DNA of 64,000 bases from contig NC_057750.1 in NCBI RefSeq assembly GCF_004010195.1, positions 15,601,821 through 15,665,820 on the forward strand. The letters run 5' to 3'. Source of the stretch: Chiloscyllium plagiosum. Lineage: Eukaryota. Below, in pieces: positions 1 through 12,935 of the stretch (positions within the stretch are counted from its first letter, which is position 1; the number at the start of each line of letters is the position of its first letter). The translations under genes and the position numbers were made by a program. Below the pieces are notes generated by a model that worked only from the letters and a program-made list of their open reading frames with translations, was not told where the DNA came from and did not search any database.

Positions 1-305
1 CTTCCTCCCTCTACAAGGATTTCAATGAGTCCCTCTCTCACTGCACACCCCAGGTCATCTCCTCTGCACAGAAGCTCTTCAGCCACGTCCTCCCTCCACC
101 TATCGCAATTCCAACACCCCTCCCCCAAGTCCCTCCTCCCTACCTTTTATCTTAGCCTACTGGACACACTTTCCTCATTCTTGAAGAAGGGCTTATGCCC
201 GAAATGTCGATTCTCCTGTTCCTTGGATGCTGCCTGACCTACTGCGCTTTTCCAGCAACACATTTTCAGCTCTGATCTCTAGCATCTCCAGTCCTCACTT
301 TCTCC
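1..305 (+). mobile_element. Penelope-like element 3' end with decayed hammerhead-like motif
   Basis: Ends with TTGAAGAAGGGCTTATGCCCGAAATGTCGATTCTCC...CAGCATCTCCAGTCCTCACTTTCTCC. The same terminus recurs at 9978, 29675, 48435 and 49843. Confidence 0.7.
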
Positions 306-1509
306 TTAAGCATTTAAAATGGCAACATGGATTTCACTATGACATGCTCTTGAATGGTACGTGATCCTTGCTGAGCAGAATCCAGACAAATTGGAACCCT
401 TGCACGGCTGCCTTCTACCACTGAGACTTCATGCAAGTCCCATGCATGCTGTGGAGAAATACAAACAGTGCTGCAAATCATTTGTGGAGTGTCCCCCTCT
501 TCAGACAAGGTATTGGCCTCCTTGTCTTTAAACTCCGTGAAGTGGTGACGACTTTGCTCTGGGGTTTTGCATTTGCTTAGCGCTAGAGCATAACTATATT
601 TATTCGTAGAAAGGAGAAACTAACTTTTACTGCAGGGAGATTTTTACCTTGTGCAGACAGTCTTTTAAATTTTGAGCTTGATCAGGGCTGAAGTAGAATC
701 TGGATTTAATCCCTAAAGCGAGCAGCCTTGCTCTGTTCCTTGTTATAGAAACCCTGTAGATTGCCAAGTTAGCAAGTTTCCAATTATTTTTATTTTTGGT
801 AACGGAAGGGAGCCTGTCGCATATCCCCTCTGGTACAATTAACTAATTCAGGAATTAGAGACAGTGAATTGCAGCCGGAAAAACAGTACTTTTTATAGAT
901 TATTTCCCTTGTGCCTTTTTGTCTTTTTAGAGGAAGTACATGAAGTTGTAGAGATAGCAAGATGTTTGGGAGGAGTTCATTGCCCTTTAACCCGTTGTGA
1001 GCTTGACTGTGGGGGTGGGGAACAGAACTGACCAAAAAAAATGCCAACTGGAGCCAGGAAAGCTTTTAAGTAAGACTTGGAGGCTTGAGTTTTCTGAACT
1101 TGTCCAACTTGAGGCTGCTGCAATTCCAGTAGTTTACTTTGCACCATCACTTGCGTTAGATGTGAAAGAGCTTGGACTAATTTTTGACATTGCTGTCGTG
1201 AACAGTGTCTTTGTTACTGAGGCAGGGATTACTGGACCACTTTTTGAACTGTTCTGTTGAAGGGACTCCATGTTGGGTTAGGCAATTGCACAGTATTTTT
1301 TTTTTTGACTCCATGTTACAGATAATGATTTATAGACATAACCAGCTGTGATGGTTTACTGCTTGGAAGGAGCGTTGGTCCTGTCCTCCTGCTGCCATTG
1401 TTCCTGTTGGCTAGTGTTTGGCAATATTACTTTCCAGAGGAACCCTTTCCATTAAAAAGTAAAAAGGTAAGATGAGCAAAATAGGCCATTCAGCCCATCC
1501 AGCTTGTTT

Positions 1510-1695
1510 AGAGACAAAAAAAACTGCAGATGTTGGAATCCAAAGTCGATAAGCAGGAGACTGGAAGAATACAGCAAGCCAGACAGCATCTAGAAGTGGA
1601 GAAGTCCTGACGGGTTGTAACCGAAAAGTTGAGTTCTTCACCTCCTGAAGCTCTCTGGCTTGTTATGCTCTTCCAGATTCCTGCTTGTCTACTAT
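1510..1695. mobile_element. Foldback PLE-terminus insertion inside a CR1 3' tail
   Basis: The left arm (CTGCAGATGTTGGAATCC...CTGGAAGAATACAGCAAGCCAG) is the inverse of the right arm (CTGGCTTGTTATGCTCTTCCAG). The same terminus follows a GIY-YIG remnant at 59040-59170. Confidence 0.6.
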
Positions 1696-2654
1696 TCATC
1701 CATCAAGTCTGCTCTGCCACTTAGTAAGATTTTAAGGTTGGTCTGATAATCTGAATTCTATTTTTGTGTTTCTCTATTACCTTTCAATTCTGTTACTGGT
1801 TAAAAATCTCGCTCACTTGCTCTCAGCTTTGAATATATTTAAGAATTTAGCTTCTGCAGCCCTCTGTGTAGTGAATCTGCAAAATTCTATCCTCAAGAAA
1901 TTTGTCCTCTCTGCTGGCCCCGCTCCCTGAAACTATGCCTTTTGGTCCTAAACTCTCCCACAAAGGGCAATATCCCTACATCTACCTTGTCATTCTTATA
2001 AACTTCAAGAAGTACAGATTCAACCTATGCAACTTATGAGAAAATCTGTCCATGCCCAGAATTGACCTATTTGGTGCTGCAAGATAAAAGTTTACATTTA
2101 TGCACAAATGAGGTCACAAACTGCCCTGTGTAGAATGTGTAACTTTTATATAAAATGCATGAATTTGAATTAATAGAAAAACTTAAATTGAAAATTAACT
2201 TACCCTTGCTGCATTTTTGACTCCTTCGCTATTGTAATTGTCACTTTCACTGCATCTTCATTTTTGTCTGAAGTTCTGTGATTTTTAAAAAGCTGCTAAT
2301 AGTACATTCGGTTTATCCAAATATTGATTAAATTCTAATTCAACTACTTTAGAAGCAGTCGCCACTAAAATCTGTGTTATGAGTCAAAAGGCACTATCCA
2401 AAACTCTAGAGCTATGTGACTCAACATTATGACCGGTCCTTTGGCAGGAGGGGGGAAAAGTTGCAACTAAAATACAGCTCAATGTATAGCATTTTAAAAA
2501 AAAATTCCTGCATTGAGAAAACCGCTCCTCTTGGTTTCTAGGTTTTTAAATGCTTGATCAAGAAAAGATTTGGTGCCACAAATGTGATGTTTAAAAAGCA
2601 ACATTAATCTCCAGGGCCACGGGTTAGACTTCTCTATGATGTCTCTTTTAGTTA

Positions 2655-2985
2655 AAATTCATTCATGGAATGACGGTGGCCAGAATTTATTGGCCATCCC
2701 TAAATGCCCTGAATGTGGTTGCATCAACCACATTTGCTGTGGGTCTGGAGTCACATGTAAGCCACATGTAAGGATAGTAGTTGCTTCCCAAAGGCTTTTG
2801 GGTTTTTTTCCTGACCATCAGTAATGGATTCATGGTCGTCCATTAGACTCTTAATTCCAGATGTTTATTGAATTCAGATTCCACCATCTGCTATTCCTGG
2901 ATTCAAACACCAGTCCCTGGGAATTAACTGAATCTCTAGATTTAACAGTCCAGTAATAATACCTGTTGGCCTTTGCCTCCCCTCT
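2655..2985 (-). mobile_element. tRNA-derived SINE, second family (possibly SacSINE1-like); related copies at ~3600-3840, 48410-48835 and 62455-62620
   Basis: Copies share GGACTAGTAATCCAG, GGTTCAAATCCCACC and GGGAAGGAAATCTGCCATCCTTA, plus an AATAAATGCTGGCC tail that matches the LINE at 18860 and 50690. Confidence 0.55.
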
Positions 2986-3289
2986 GTTTATGGATTTGTA
3001 AGATGCTGCAGTGCATTGTGCAGATAATGTGCATAAACATTAGTTAATAGTACGAGTATGGTTTGCTGATCTTACCCTCATGTGAGCTTTGACCTTACAC
3101 GGTTTTCATGTTTCAAAATGGCTAACTGGTCTGATATGAAATTAAGATCAGAGAGATGGGTGGTAAATACTCCCCAGCAGGAGATTACTATTTTTCTGGG
3201 TGGGTCCTGATCTATTCGCACCTGCTGTAAACATTATCTGGGAAGGTTCAGAAGCCTTCACATCTGGTTTTGACTGTTGAGGACTGATC

Positions 3290-3590
3290 CAAATGCACAT
3301 GAATGTCCAGATTCTCTTTGAAGAAGAGAAGATTGAGAGGAGACTGGATCGATGTGCTCAAAATTGCAAGGAATCTGGATAGAGTAAATAGAAAGAAACC
3401 CTTTCCCATTGGAAGCATCAAAAACCAAAAGACACTGTTATAAGGTGATCATTTCATTTTGCAATGAAGCAATTAGGAAAATCTTTTTGCAGTTAGTGAT
3501 TAGGATCTGGAATCCTCTGCTTGGAGAGTGGAAGAGATACAGTCAATGGTGACTTTCGAACAAGAATAAGTTCAGAGGAATGCAATGTAT
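3290..3590 (+). mobile_element. CR1 LINE 3' fragment (degenerate)
   Basis: Remnant of the FSLKKRRLRGDLI-type RT C-terminus and 3' UTR. Confidence 0.6.
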
Positions 3591-4139
3591 ATTGGGCAGT
3601 CGGTTTACATTGTGTTTATTGGACTAGTAATCTAGACATCTGGCTAATGCTCGAGGTTTGAATCTCAGTGGCACATGATAAAATGTGAATCAATGAACAT
3701 CTGGAATTTTAAAAGCTATCTTAATAGTGACCATTGATTTTATGAACTGAATTAGTTTTCACAAATATCTATTCGGGAAGGAAATCTGTCATCCTTAATT
3801 GGACTGATATACATGTGACTTTAGATCCTCATAATTTCTCTTTTGCCTGCCTTGATAAAGGCCACTTCCAATAGCAAAATTGTGATTTAGGCTCTAAAAT
3901 AGTTTGCTCTTCTTTTAGAAAGCAAATCAAGATTGCAACCCAAGGATTTCCAATGCCACTGCTACTAAGGAGAAAAGGACTACTCCTGTTATTATAAGTG
4001 CGCACCTAGATTAGTAAAGCTTGTGTTTTATCATTCGCACAAAATAGAACCGAGGTATGGATTAGATGTAACAGGAAAGCACTACTCCCCACATTTTATT
4101 CTGGGCCATCCAGCTAACTTTTTTTTTCCCTCCACCTCT

Positions 4140-4840
4140 ATACTGAATCACAGAATTGTTACAGTACAAGAGGCCATTCTGCCCATCGTGTGCAGGCTTT
4201 TCAAATGAGCATATTACTTAGTGCTTCCCCATGTCCCTGCACACATTTCTGTCTAAATAATCATCTAGTGCCCTCTGCCTCAATTGAATCTGCTTCCACT
4301 ATACTTCGAGGCAGTGCATTCCATACCCTAATTGCTTGCTGAGTAAAAAGTTTTCCTCACTTCACTTCTAACTTGTTTTGTTTGCACGTCACTTTACATT
4401 TATGGCCACTTGCTCCTTTTTGAGCATGATCAGCTTCTCCCTATCTACTGACCAGCCTGCTCCTATTTTGAAAACCTGTATTAAATCTCTTCTTGGAAAA
4501 GAAGCTGGCCAAGGAGGATAGACTGAAGAAATTGGAACTATCCTCTGATCTGAAGTTTTTTTGTGCCTGGAACCATTCTTATAAGTCACTTCTGTGTTTC
4601 TCCAATGGATTTGTCTTTCCTACAGTACAATTGTACAAGAGTTCTAACAAATGCCTTTTAACATCACTTCCTTGCTCTGCCCCCACTAATAAAGCCAAGG
4701 AGACTGTATGCTTTAACTGTTCTCTCTGCTACTGCTATCTTCAATAATCTGTGTGCATCTCCTGCATCCACTCTAGAATTGTACCCCCTCTCATTCATAC
4801 TGACCTTCAATGTTCTTCCTTTCACCATTGTGATGTTTTT
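4140..4840 (-). mobile_element. CR1 LINE 3' fragment (degenerate)
   Basis: Reverse-oriented CR1 tail (GAATCACAGAAT...GAGGCCATTC) and a RRDLIQVFKI remnant. Confidence 0.6.
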
Positions 4841-5436
4841 TTTAAACTTTTGGAACCTATTTCACAGTCTACAGTTAGACTACAGAAGGCTAAATAAATT
4901 TGATTGAATTTAATCAAAATAAAACTCCTGTTGCATTGGAATTTTCCAATTGAAAGCAAACAACCCAGGACTATTTTTGAGAAGCTTCTGTTTAATGCAT
5001 AGATCCTTCTGACAAGTTCAAAACCATCAAGTCTTCCAGAGGCAAACTTCAGCTTATTCAAGACTGAGTTTGTATTTTTAACTCTTATTAAGTCCTATAC
5101 TCTCAGCACTCCTTTTATACTCTGATTTGTTTGTAATCATTTAATTTAAAATTGATTTCAGTCACTGAAAACTGTTTCTCTTCATTTACTCCTTCAAATT
5201 TTAATGGACTTTGATAGACTTCCATTACAATTCCATTCTCTGTCTCTCTCTAATATGTACACGATGCATAATCTGATGGCATGTTGAATAACTGAAATCG
5301 TCAGCTTTGAAATAATTCAGGAAACAATGGAATGATTGCAGGCGGCAGCTCACTGGAATGTTGGGGGCGCAGAATGGCCATGTACTGAGATGGAATCTTT
5401 GGGGGCAGTCAGTATGTTTGTACCAGATCCGTGAAG

Positions 5437-5540
5437 CTACACCACTGAACGCCTGTGACACACATGATAGCAGCTGGAGGAGGTGTCATTGTTCACTATG
5501 ATATTGAACTGGTCAATATTCCAGCTGGCACGAAGCTCTT
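5437..5540 (-). CDS. Candidate terminal coding exon of an unknown gene (ELRASWNIDQFNIIVNNDTSSSCYHVCHRRSVV*)
   Basis: Strong acceptor (tcttcttttcttcag) in non-repetitive sequence, and the phase-1 frame is open to TAG. No partner exon was identified. Confidence 0.2.
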
Positions 5541-7010
5541 CTGAAGAAAAGAAGATTCCCTCATTCCATCTTCCTGATCAATTGCTTTAATCATGTTAAA
5601 TACTTCCATTAAAACACACCTCCTAAATCTCTACTTTAGAAGTAAGTATCTTGCCTGTTTTAAATCTGTGTGCAATTTAACTCTTTCAGCTCCAGTGACT
5701 GCTAACATCTTCCAAAAGTTATCAAATAGTTACTGGCGGTGGGGCACAAAACCTAGTTGATCTAGAGAATGAAGCAAATGGAGTCCGGGGGTGAGGGGGG
5801 GTGGTGGTGAACTGTGGGCTCTGAGGTTTGAGATAATGTGGCAAAATATTCTCACCATTCAGTTGGGACCATGCCACTGTCCTATTCTGTCATGCAGATG
5901 CCTCTGATCCTGTAGGGGCCCGATTATCTAATGTTTGGAAAATGGAATTGGTATTAGAACATTCAACTCTAAATCTAAGATTGTGAATAACACAAACATT
6001 AGCAGCAAGTTGGGCCATTCAGCCCAACCAGTTGATGTCTGATTTTTAAGTTGTACAGGAGTTCGAACCATTCTTTTACATCAATGTAACCTGCTTGCTT
6101 TCTTCTGCTTACGTAGGTTCCCTGTTAAAGTATCCATGCTACTGACTTCGACCACTCCCTACGTAGTGAGTTTCACATTCTCATCATTCTTTACCTAAAG
6201 TGTATCTTCTGAATACCCTCTTGGATTTGGGGATATAGGAAAAGGGGGGGGGAGGGAAAGGGCAAAGCAGGCCATTCAGCTCTTCGAGGGCTGCTTTGCC
6301 ATTCATTATGATCATGGTCAAAAATCAAATGACACCAGATTATAGTCTAACAGGTTTATTTGAAATTGCAAGTTTTTGGTGCTCAGCTCCTTGGGTGGTG
6401 ATCAGATGATGGAGAGGTATAAGATACAGGATTTATAAGCAAAACGTTAACAACTTAAACTAGCTGCCCTTGTTGAATCATTTAAGTTAGGAGGTAGACT
6501 GTTCCTACCTCCCAGACTGATTTAAAACTAGCTGCCCTTATTGAATCCTTTTAAAGTCATGGCTGATCATCTAACAATAGCTGGGTTTTTTTTTCTATAT
6601 CCTTTGACTCCATTAACCCCAATTGCAATATCTAATTCCTCCTTTAAAAGATACAGTATTTTGGCTTCAACTGCTTTGTGTGATAGTGAATTTCACAGAC
6701 TCACCGTTCTGTATATGAAGACATTTATGCTTCTATTATACCTAAATGGTTTCCCCTATATCCTTGGACCTGATCCCTAGTTCTGGACTTGCTGCCTGTC
6801 AGGAGGAACACCCTTTCTAACAGGATTCTACAAAATAGATGTAGAGCATAAGGTGGGAAAGGGCCATTCCACCCCTCAAACCTAGCTGTTTAATAAGGTT
6901 ATGCTGATCTGATAGTAGTCACAACTCCATTGCCCTGTTTTACCCCTCTAATTTGCCTTTGACTTTACTCAATGACCCAACTTGTACTGCTTCCTGAGCA
7001 GAGAATTTCA

Positions 7011-7347
7011 GACCTCCTTTTGGGTCTGCTCCTGGGCCGGGCCAACCTGGCCATAGACAGGTCCATGCAATGGGCTGTGGAGGGGAGAGGTGCGTACTGC
7101 AGGATTGGAGTGTATTATTTGCCCTCCAACTCTAGATTTTGAATTAATCTCTTTCCTCCTCTTCCCTTTTTTTTAATTGATTCATACCGCATTGCCCTTG
7201 GTCAAGAAGGGCACTGCTCATCACTGGCCACTCTGCTATTTCCTTTCTTCCTGGTGGTGAATATAAATAAAGATTCACACACCTGTTCTTCGCTGTCTGA
7301 CACCTGCGCACGCACATGACAGGTTTGAGAAAAGGGGGGAAAAAAAC
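7011..7347 (+). mobile_element. L1/Tx1-type LINE 3' end
   Basis: LLLGRANLAIDRS-like ORF2 C-terminal remnant, AATAAA at ~7266 and an A-rich tail. Confidence 0.45.
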
Positions 7348-7567
7348 CTATTGGGCAACTTTTGGTTTTATTGAAAAGATTACATGTTTTGTCAGAAGCT
7401 TATTGACATGTACTCATCAGGGCAATTCACAAACATGTCAATTCAAGAGAAAAAAAATATTTTTTTCCCTTGAATTGATATTCTTGTGAATTGCCTTGAT
7501 GAGTACATGTCAATAAGCTTCCGACAAAACATGTAATCTTTTCAGTAAAACCAAAGTTGCCCAATAG
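7348..7567. repeat. ~220 bp palindrome (two ~98 bp arms)
   Basis: CTATTGGGCAACTTTTGG...TCAATTCAAG pairs with CTTGAATTGA...CCAAAGTTGCCCAATAG with few mismatches, around an A/T quasi-palindromic centre. Confidence 0.9.
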
Positions 7568-8674
7568 TTCGAGCCTGTTTAATTCCTCTGGTGTTTTTCG
7601 GGTTATTATTAAAGTAGGCCAGTCAGAAGCCTCCAAAGTTTGTGACCCGACCTCAGAGTTGGTGGTTGAAGTCCTTCTGAAAAATTTCCCAAGTAATTTC
7701 CCATCAGAAATCTCAATGCGCAGGGCAATATCTGGGGTGTCTGCTGCACTGCATCGCCCCGAATCGCAGATCTGTTCACCTTTCAGCAGCAACAATTTTC
7801 CCGCTGGGAGATCTGGATTATTTGTGTTCATGTGAAGTTGGTCTGGTTCTAGCAAACCATAGTGCTGCTCTAATTGGAGGCAGATGACTGGTGATGGTTT
7901 AATCTGACGTCACCACCCCTTCAGGGGAGGGGATACATGGAGAAGGATGGCCTTTCAGGACAACCTTAACCAGTGCAGGAATTGAACTCATGCTGTTGGT
8001 GTAACTCTGCATTATGAGCCAGCTGCCAAACCAACTCCGCTAACCTTTTGTAATTTTAAAGACATTTGGTTACCCATTTGCCTCCTTTCAAGAATGTAAA
8101 TGATTTTGATGAGTAGTTATCGAATGATACAGCAAGTCTTGAAAACTTGGTCAGTGCAATCTAAACTAGGCCTACTTGCCTGTGTTTGGCCCATATCCCT
8201 CAACTCTTATTCATGTACCTATCCAAATGTCTTATAACCAGACCTGCAACGACCACTTCCTTAGACCGTTCATTCCACAGATTACCCTCTGTGGAAAGCG
8301 TTGCTTCTCTGGTTCCCTTTTCAAATTCTTCTCCTCGCACCTTAAACCTACATCCCCTATTTTTGAACTCCCCTACCCTAGAGAAAAGAGCTTTTTCTTT
8401 CTTTATTTGTACCTTATTTATGCCTCATGAATTGTAAAGCGCTCTTGAAGAGGAAGGGTAAACAGGCAGAAGTCATGGTCCATCTCTGTAATAATGGGAT
8501 AATTGGAAAGAGAGACGAGGATTTTGGTAAGTAAGTAGGAATTAAAAAACCAGAGCTGCCGAAAGTCACCTCTGAAGTATTTCAGTGCCATGTATGGTGA
8601 ATGAAGAAAGTAGAATACCAGCAAGTGCATAAAAGGTGAGATGATGCAGGAGGGAAGGGTTTAAATTGAGCATT

Positions 8675-9010
8675 ATGGTGGCTCAGTGGTCAGCATTGCT
8701 GTCTGTGTCAGGGACCTGGGTTTGATTCCAGTATTGGGTACCTGTGTGGAGTTTTCATGTTCTCCTTTTGTGTGTGTTTCCACCAGGTGCTCCTGTTTAT
8801 GATGTCAGTCCAAAGATGTGAAGTTTATTTGGATTGGTCATGCTAAATTGTCTGTAGTGTCCAGGGACACACGGTCTAGGTGGATTATCCATGATAAATT
8901 AGGGTTATGGGAATAGAGTAGGGAGTTGGGTCTGGGTGGGATGCTTTTGGGAGGATTGATGCAGACCAGGTGGGCCAAATGGCATCCTTCTGCACTAGGA
9001 GGGTTGTGTG
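8675..9010 (+). mobile_element. HE1-type V-SINE
   Basis: tRNA-like A box (GGTGGCTCAGTGGT) and B box (GGGTTTGATTCC), V-domain GGATTGGTCATGCTAAATTG, and a CR1-like tail. Confidence 0.8.
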
Positions 9011-9099
9011 TTCTAGTCAGCTATTGGAACCGGCTTGGGGAGATGGATCTGTGAGAGCTAGGTGGGCTGCATCCAACAAAATCAGACTGAAAAATGATC

Positions 9100-9870
9100 A
9101 GGAGATGCATATTGGGAAAACTAAAGACCAGGGATACACATTGGTCTGATTTTGAAAAGTACAGAGGATCAGAAGGACCTTGGTGTGTATGTCTATATCT
9201 ATCCTGCTGCCTTTAAGGGTCTAGATAAGGAAGTGATGTTAAAAGGCAATTTGGGCTGCTTGACTTCACTAGTTTTTGTATTCAGTGCCTTGACAAGACA
9301 TTTACGGTAGCGCTGTACATGAAGTTAGACTACTCATGGAGTGCTGTGCAATTCTGGTCATCCGATATTAGGATGAATGTGATTTTACTAGGGAGGGGAT
9401 TCACTGGGGCATTGTCTCAGCTGGAGTGCTTCAGCTTTGAAGAGAAACTAGATAGGTTCTGGTTGTTTTCTTTGGAACAGAAAAGGCCATGTGAGTGATC
9501 ACCATTGAGGTGCACAAAGTTCTGAGGGGCATCAATTAGGTTAGATATGGAAACGCTTGCCCCTGATTATCAGGGTCAACAAACAGGGGATAGAGTTTTA
9601 ATGTAAGGAATAGGAGGTGTGGAGGGATTTGAAGGAAAGATTTTTCAGCCAGAGGCTGGTGGATAGCTGGCACTCATTGCCTGAAGTGATGGCAGACATG
9701 GGAACTCTTGATGTTTTAAGAACAAATAAATGAATACTTGACAAAACCATAGCATACAAAACTACAGGCCAAGTGCTGGAAAATAAGGCTATGTAGAAGG
9801 ATAGTTGATGACTGGCAAGGACATGATTGGACAAAGGACCTCTTTTGTGCTGTAGAAACTCTTGACTCTA
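9100..9870 (+). mobile_element. CR1 LINE 3' fragment
   Basis: Decayed KDLGV, ECCVQFWS and LVVFFG/LGLFSLE-like segments followed by a CR1 tail. Confidence 0.65.
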
Positions 9871-9977
9871 TGTCTGACTGATTTGATTGAACTGTTCAGG
9901 GCACCAGAGCAGAAAGGCCATTCAGCCCATTGAGTCTGCTCCACTATTCAGTGAGATCATAGCTAATCTGATAATCT

Positions 9978-10186
9978 AGGAGAAAGTGAGGACTGCAGAT
10001 GCTGGAGATCAGAGCTGAAAAATGTGTTGCTGGAAAAGCGCAGCAGGTCAGGTAGCATCCAAAGAGCAGGAGAATCGACGTTTCGGGCATAAGCCTGAAG
10101 AAGGGCTTATGCCCCTAATGTCTATTCTCCTGCTTCTTGGATGCTGCCTGACCTGCTGCGCTTTTCCAGCAACACAATTATTCGGC
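9978..10186. mobile_element. Foldback PLE-derived element with TSD and partial hammerhead core
   Basis: Inverted arms meet at CTGAAGAAGGGCTTATGCCC (10095). TSD GCTAATCTGA(T/G)AATC at 9962-9976 and 10187-10201. Confidence 0.8.
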
Positions 10187-10895
10187 GCTAATCTGAGAAT
10201 CCTCAACTCCACTTCCCTGCCTTCTATTATTAATTTTAAAATCTGACACTTTCATTTTGAAGTACACTTAATAATCTAGCCTTAACAGAATCCTCTGTAG
10301 TAAAGAATCACACAGATTCATTACTCTCCAAGAAGAAATTCCCTCATCTGCATCTGCTCACTGATCATAGATTCTCTCTCAAAAAGAAGCTTTCCACCCC
10401 CAAACATTGACTTCTCCACTACCTGATACTGCCTGGCCTGCTGTGTTCTTTCAGCCTCTTGCTTGTCTACCTTTCCACATCTTCCCTGCCAAGTCCCAGA
10501 GACTTTGTGTTTTTAAAATTAATGTTCCAGGAGGATCAGTAAGGATTGGTTTTGATGTAGTCTATGTAGACTTTAGCAAGGCTTTTAACAGGGTCCCAAA
10601 TGATTGATTTGAGCAGCCTTGTTCGATCTAAAATTAATTCTGTGAAAGGAATTGAAGGATATTGATCACTTTAAAATATTTGACAGGAAATCTGTTTCTG
10701 GTGAGGCTCCTTTAGGGTTGAATAAGGGGGTCCCTCTTGACAAAGGAGGATGGTTGAGGGTGCAGAGTTTGAGGAGAAGCTTGGCAAAGCACAATGCCCT
10801 GAGATCTGGGAATGTCAGCATAGGCACCCTCCTTTTTATAATAATTACTCCATTTGCACATACATGTGTTTAAGTTGATTTGTTGCTTTCTCCAG

Positions 10896-11098
10896 AAGAT
10901 TCAACCCAAGAGGAAACCAAGGGAGGCAGTGATTTGTTGCTGTATAAGAAATTCTTTGAGCTCCCAAGGAAAAGCTTGGACTTTGTTCCTTCAGCTTCTT
11001 TGTTCCGTTATCCCTGCCCTACCCCTATTCCTGGAGATTCACCACACCCTTCAGCCCTTCATCATACTCCCTCCAATCCCATTCCCACCACCCAGTGA
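10896..11098 (+). CDS. Candidate terminal exon (EDSTQEETKGGSDLLLYKKFFELPRK...), unidentified
   Basis: Acceptor ttgttgctttctccag; two frames are open; AATAAA at ~11217. No recognisable homology and no partner exon. Confidence 0.15.
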
Positions 11099-11624
11099 CT
11101 TCTGTTTAAATATACCTCTTCATTTTTCTCAAAACTATTAAAAGGCGCAGTATTGTGGTGATGTTTGAAAGCTTTTCACAATATTTTATCACTGTTCTCA
11201 TTAAAATATACATGGTAATAAAATCACTCATTACATATGAAAAGTTTGAATTTTTTAATGAGCCCTGTCACATTGATTTCCTGCCAGCCACAAAGGAGAG
11301 AAGGATAGACCAAATGAGTCCATGATGTAGTGCAACGATTGAGTCTGTTATTAAATCGTTGAAGAATAAGATGGTAATGGCTGTGTGCTATTAACAAGAA
11401 GGACTGCGATGGAATGAGCTTTAACATTTTTCCCAATCCAGCAGTCTGTCCTATTTACTTTCAGTAAATGAAGAGATGGAGGAGATGAAGAGAAAAAAAT
11501 GGATTAATTCCCATCTATGTATCCATGACCACTAGCCTGAGATAATGTTCACAGAATTGGTGCATCACTGCTGTGAAAATTGGGCCATTTGAACAGTGAA
11601 AGCAGTACTTTAATCAGTATCCAA

Positions 11625-11900
11625 ACCTGTTCTATGCTGGGAGTATTTCTGAGAACAGTGTAGGGGAAGTTTTACTCTGTATCTAATTCAGTGCGCTGTA
11701 CCTGCCCTGGGAGTATTTGGGGATGGTGTAGAGGGAGCATTAATTTTGTATCTGACCCCATTCTCTCCCTCTCCTGGAAGTATTTGGGATAGAGTGGAGA
11801 GAGCTTTACATTGAGGTTAAGAGTGGAGTTGCCTTTATGTTCGGGTAGATTTACTCTGCATCTAAACTTATGCTATACCTGTTCCTGAGATGGGGCCAGG
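11625..11900 (+). repeat. Degenerate ~60 bp tandem repeat
   Basis: About 4-5 copies of CTGTACCTGCCCTGGGAGTATTTGG...GTAGAGGGAGCTTTACTCTGTATCTAA. Confidence 0.6.
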
Positions 11901-12767
11901 GTCAAGACGTCAGCTCAACACCACGTTGTCTAGGACAATTAGAGATGTGCAGTAAATGCTGACTGAACCAATGTGGCCGACATCCCATGAACAAACTAAG
12001 ATAAAAAGCTGTGTTTCAGTGAGTAGCACTCACACCTCTGATTTGGACCATCATATGTTGAAATCACACTCTGGAACCTTGAGTGCATCACACAGGCTGA
12101 CACTGCACTGTTGGAGCTGTTACATTTTGAATGAGGTATGGACCCTTGTGGGAATGCAGAAGATCCGATAGCACTATTTCTAGTCATTCTACTCACTGTC
12201 CTGGACAATATCTGTGATTTATTTTTGAATCCTTCTGTTCAGACCTTCTGTGACAGACCTCTGAGACAAGTAGAACTTGAACTTAGGCTTTCTGGCCTAG
12301 ATGTAGAGCACTAACACAGTGCCACAACAGTCCCCAATATTTATCTGTGAAACCTGTCATTAAACCAAATCAGCTGGTCACTATCTTATTGCTTTGGGAT
12401 CTTGCTAAACATTCCTACACCATAACGGCATCCAGTCTTCCAGAGTAATTACTTGGCTGTAAAGTGCTTTGGGATAACCTAAGATGGTGAGAGAGAAATG
12501 CAAGTCTTTTTTCCTTACACAGAGTTGCCCATGCATCCCCCCCCCCCCCCCCCCCCCCTTGGGGAACGTTTGTGGTAGTTGGTAGATCTGAAGTTTGAAT
12601 GCTGTCCCATCAACTTTGACTGTAGCTTGTAAGTTGTGGTGTTCCCATGTATCTTTTGCCCTTGACCTTCTGGATGGTAATGTTTGAAGATTTGCATCAT
12701 GCTATCATTGGAGGAGCCTTGGTGAGTTACCATCTTAAGGCACTTGTTCCCCTGGTGTTCTGCATTG

Positions 12768-12935
12768 TTATTCCTTGCGCTCAGGGTCTCTCTGATTCAG
12801 TTCAGTGAAACACAAGGAGAGCATTTCTAGTATTTTAGGGATATACAGAAGCAAATCGATTGACTCTTGTCCAAACCCATTCCCATGAGGAGTGATGGCA
12901 GGTCCATGCAAAAGCAGAACTTCATCAAGCTCCAT
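12768..12935 (-). CDS. Putative last coding exon of an unidentified gene (MELDEVLLLHGPAITPHGNGFGQESIDLLLYIPKILEMLSLCFTELNQRDPERKE*)
   Basis: Acceptor ttccaatatttgcag, phase 0, 55 codons to TAA. In phase with the exon at 13118-13337 across a 182-nt GT-AG intron. Confidence 0.5.
   Translation of the reverse strand: MELDEVLLLHGPAITPHGNGFGQESIDLLLYIPKILEMLSLCFTELNQRDPERKE

Noticed and set aside
379..1260. Plus-strand exons (379-509 and ~931-996) or a minus-strand pseudogene
   Set aside because: The phases do not join into a coherent ORF and no protein was recognised.
7427..7855. 142-aa and 92-aa ORFs on opposite strands
   Set aside because: They overlap the palindrome, have weak splice signals and show no recognisable domain.
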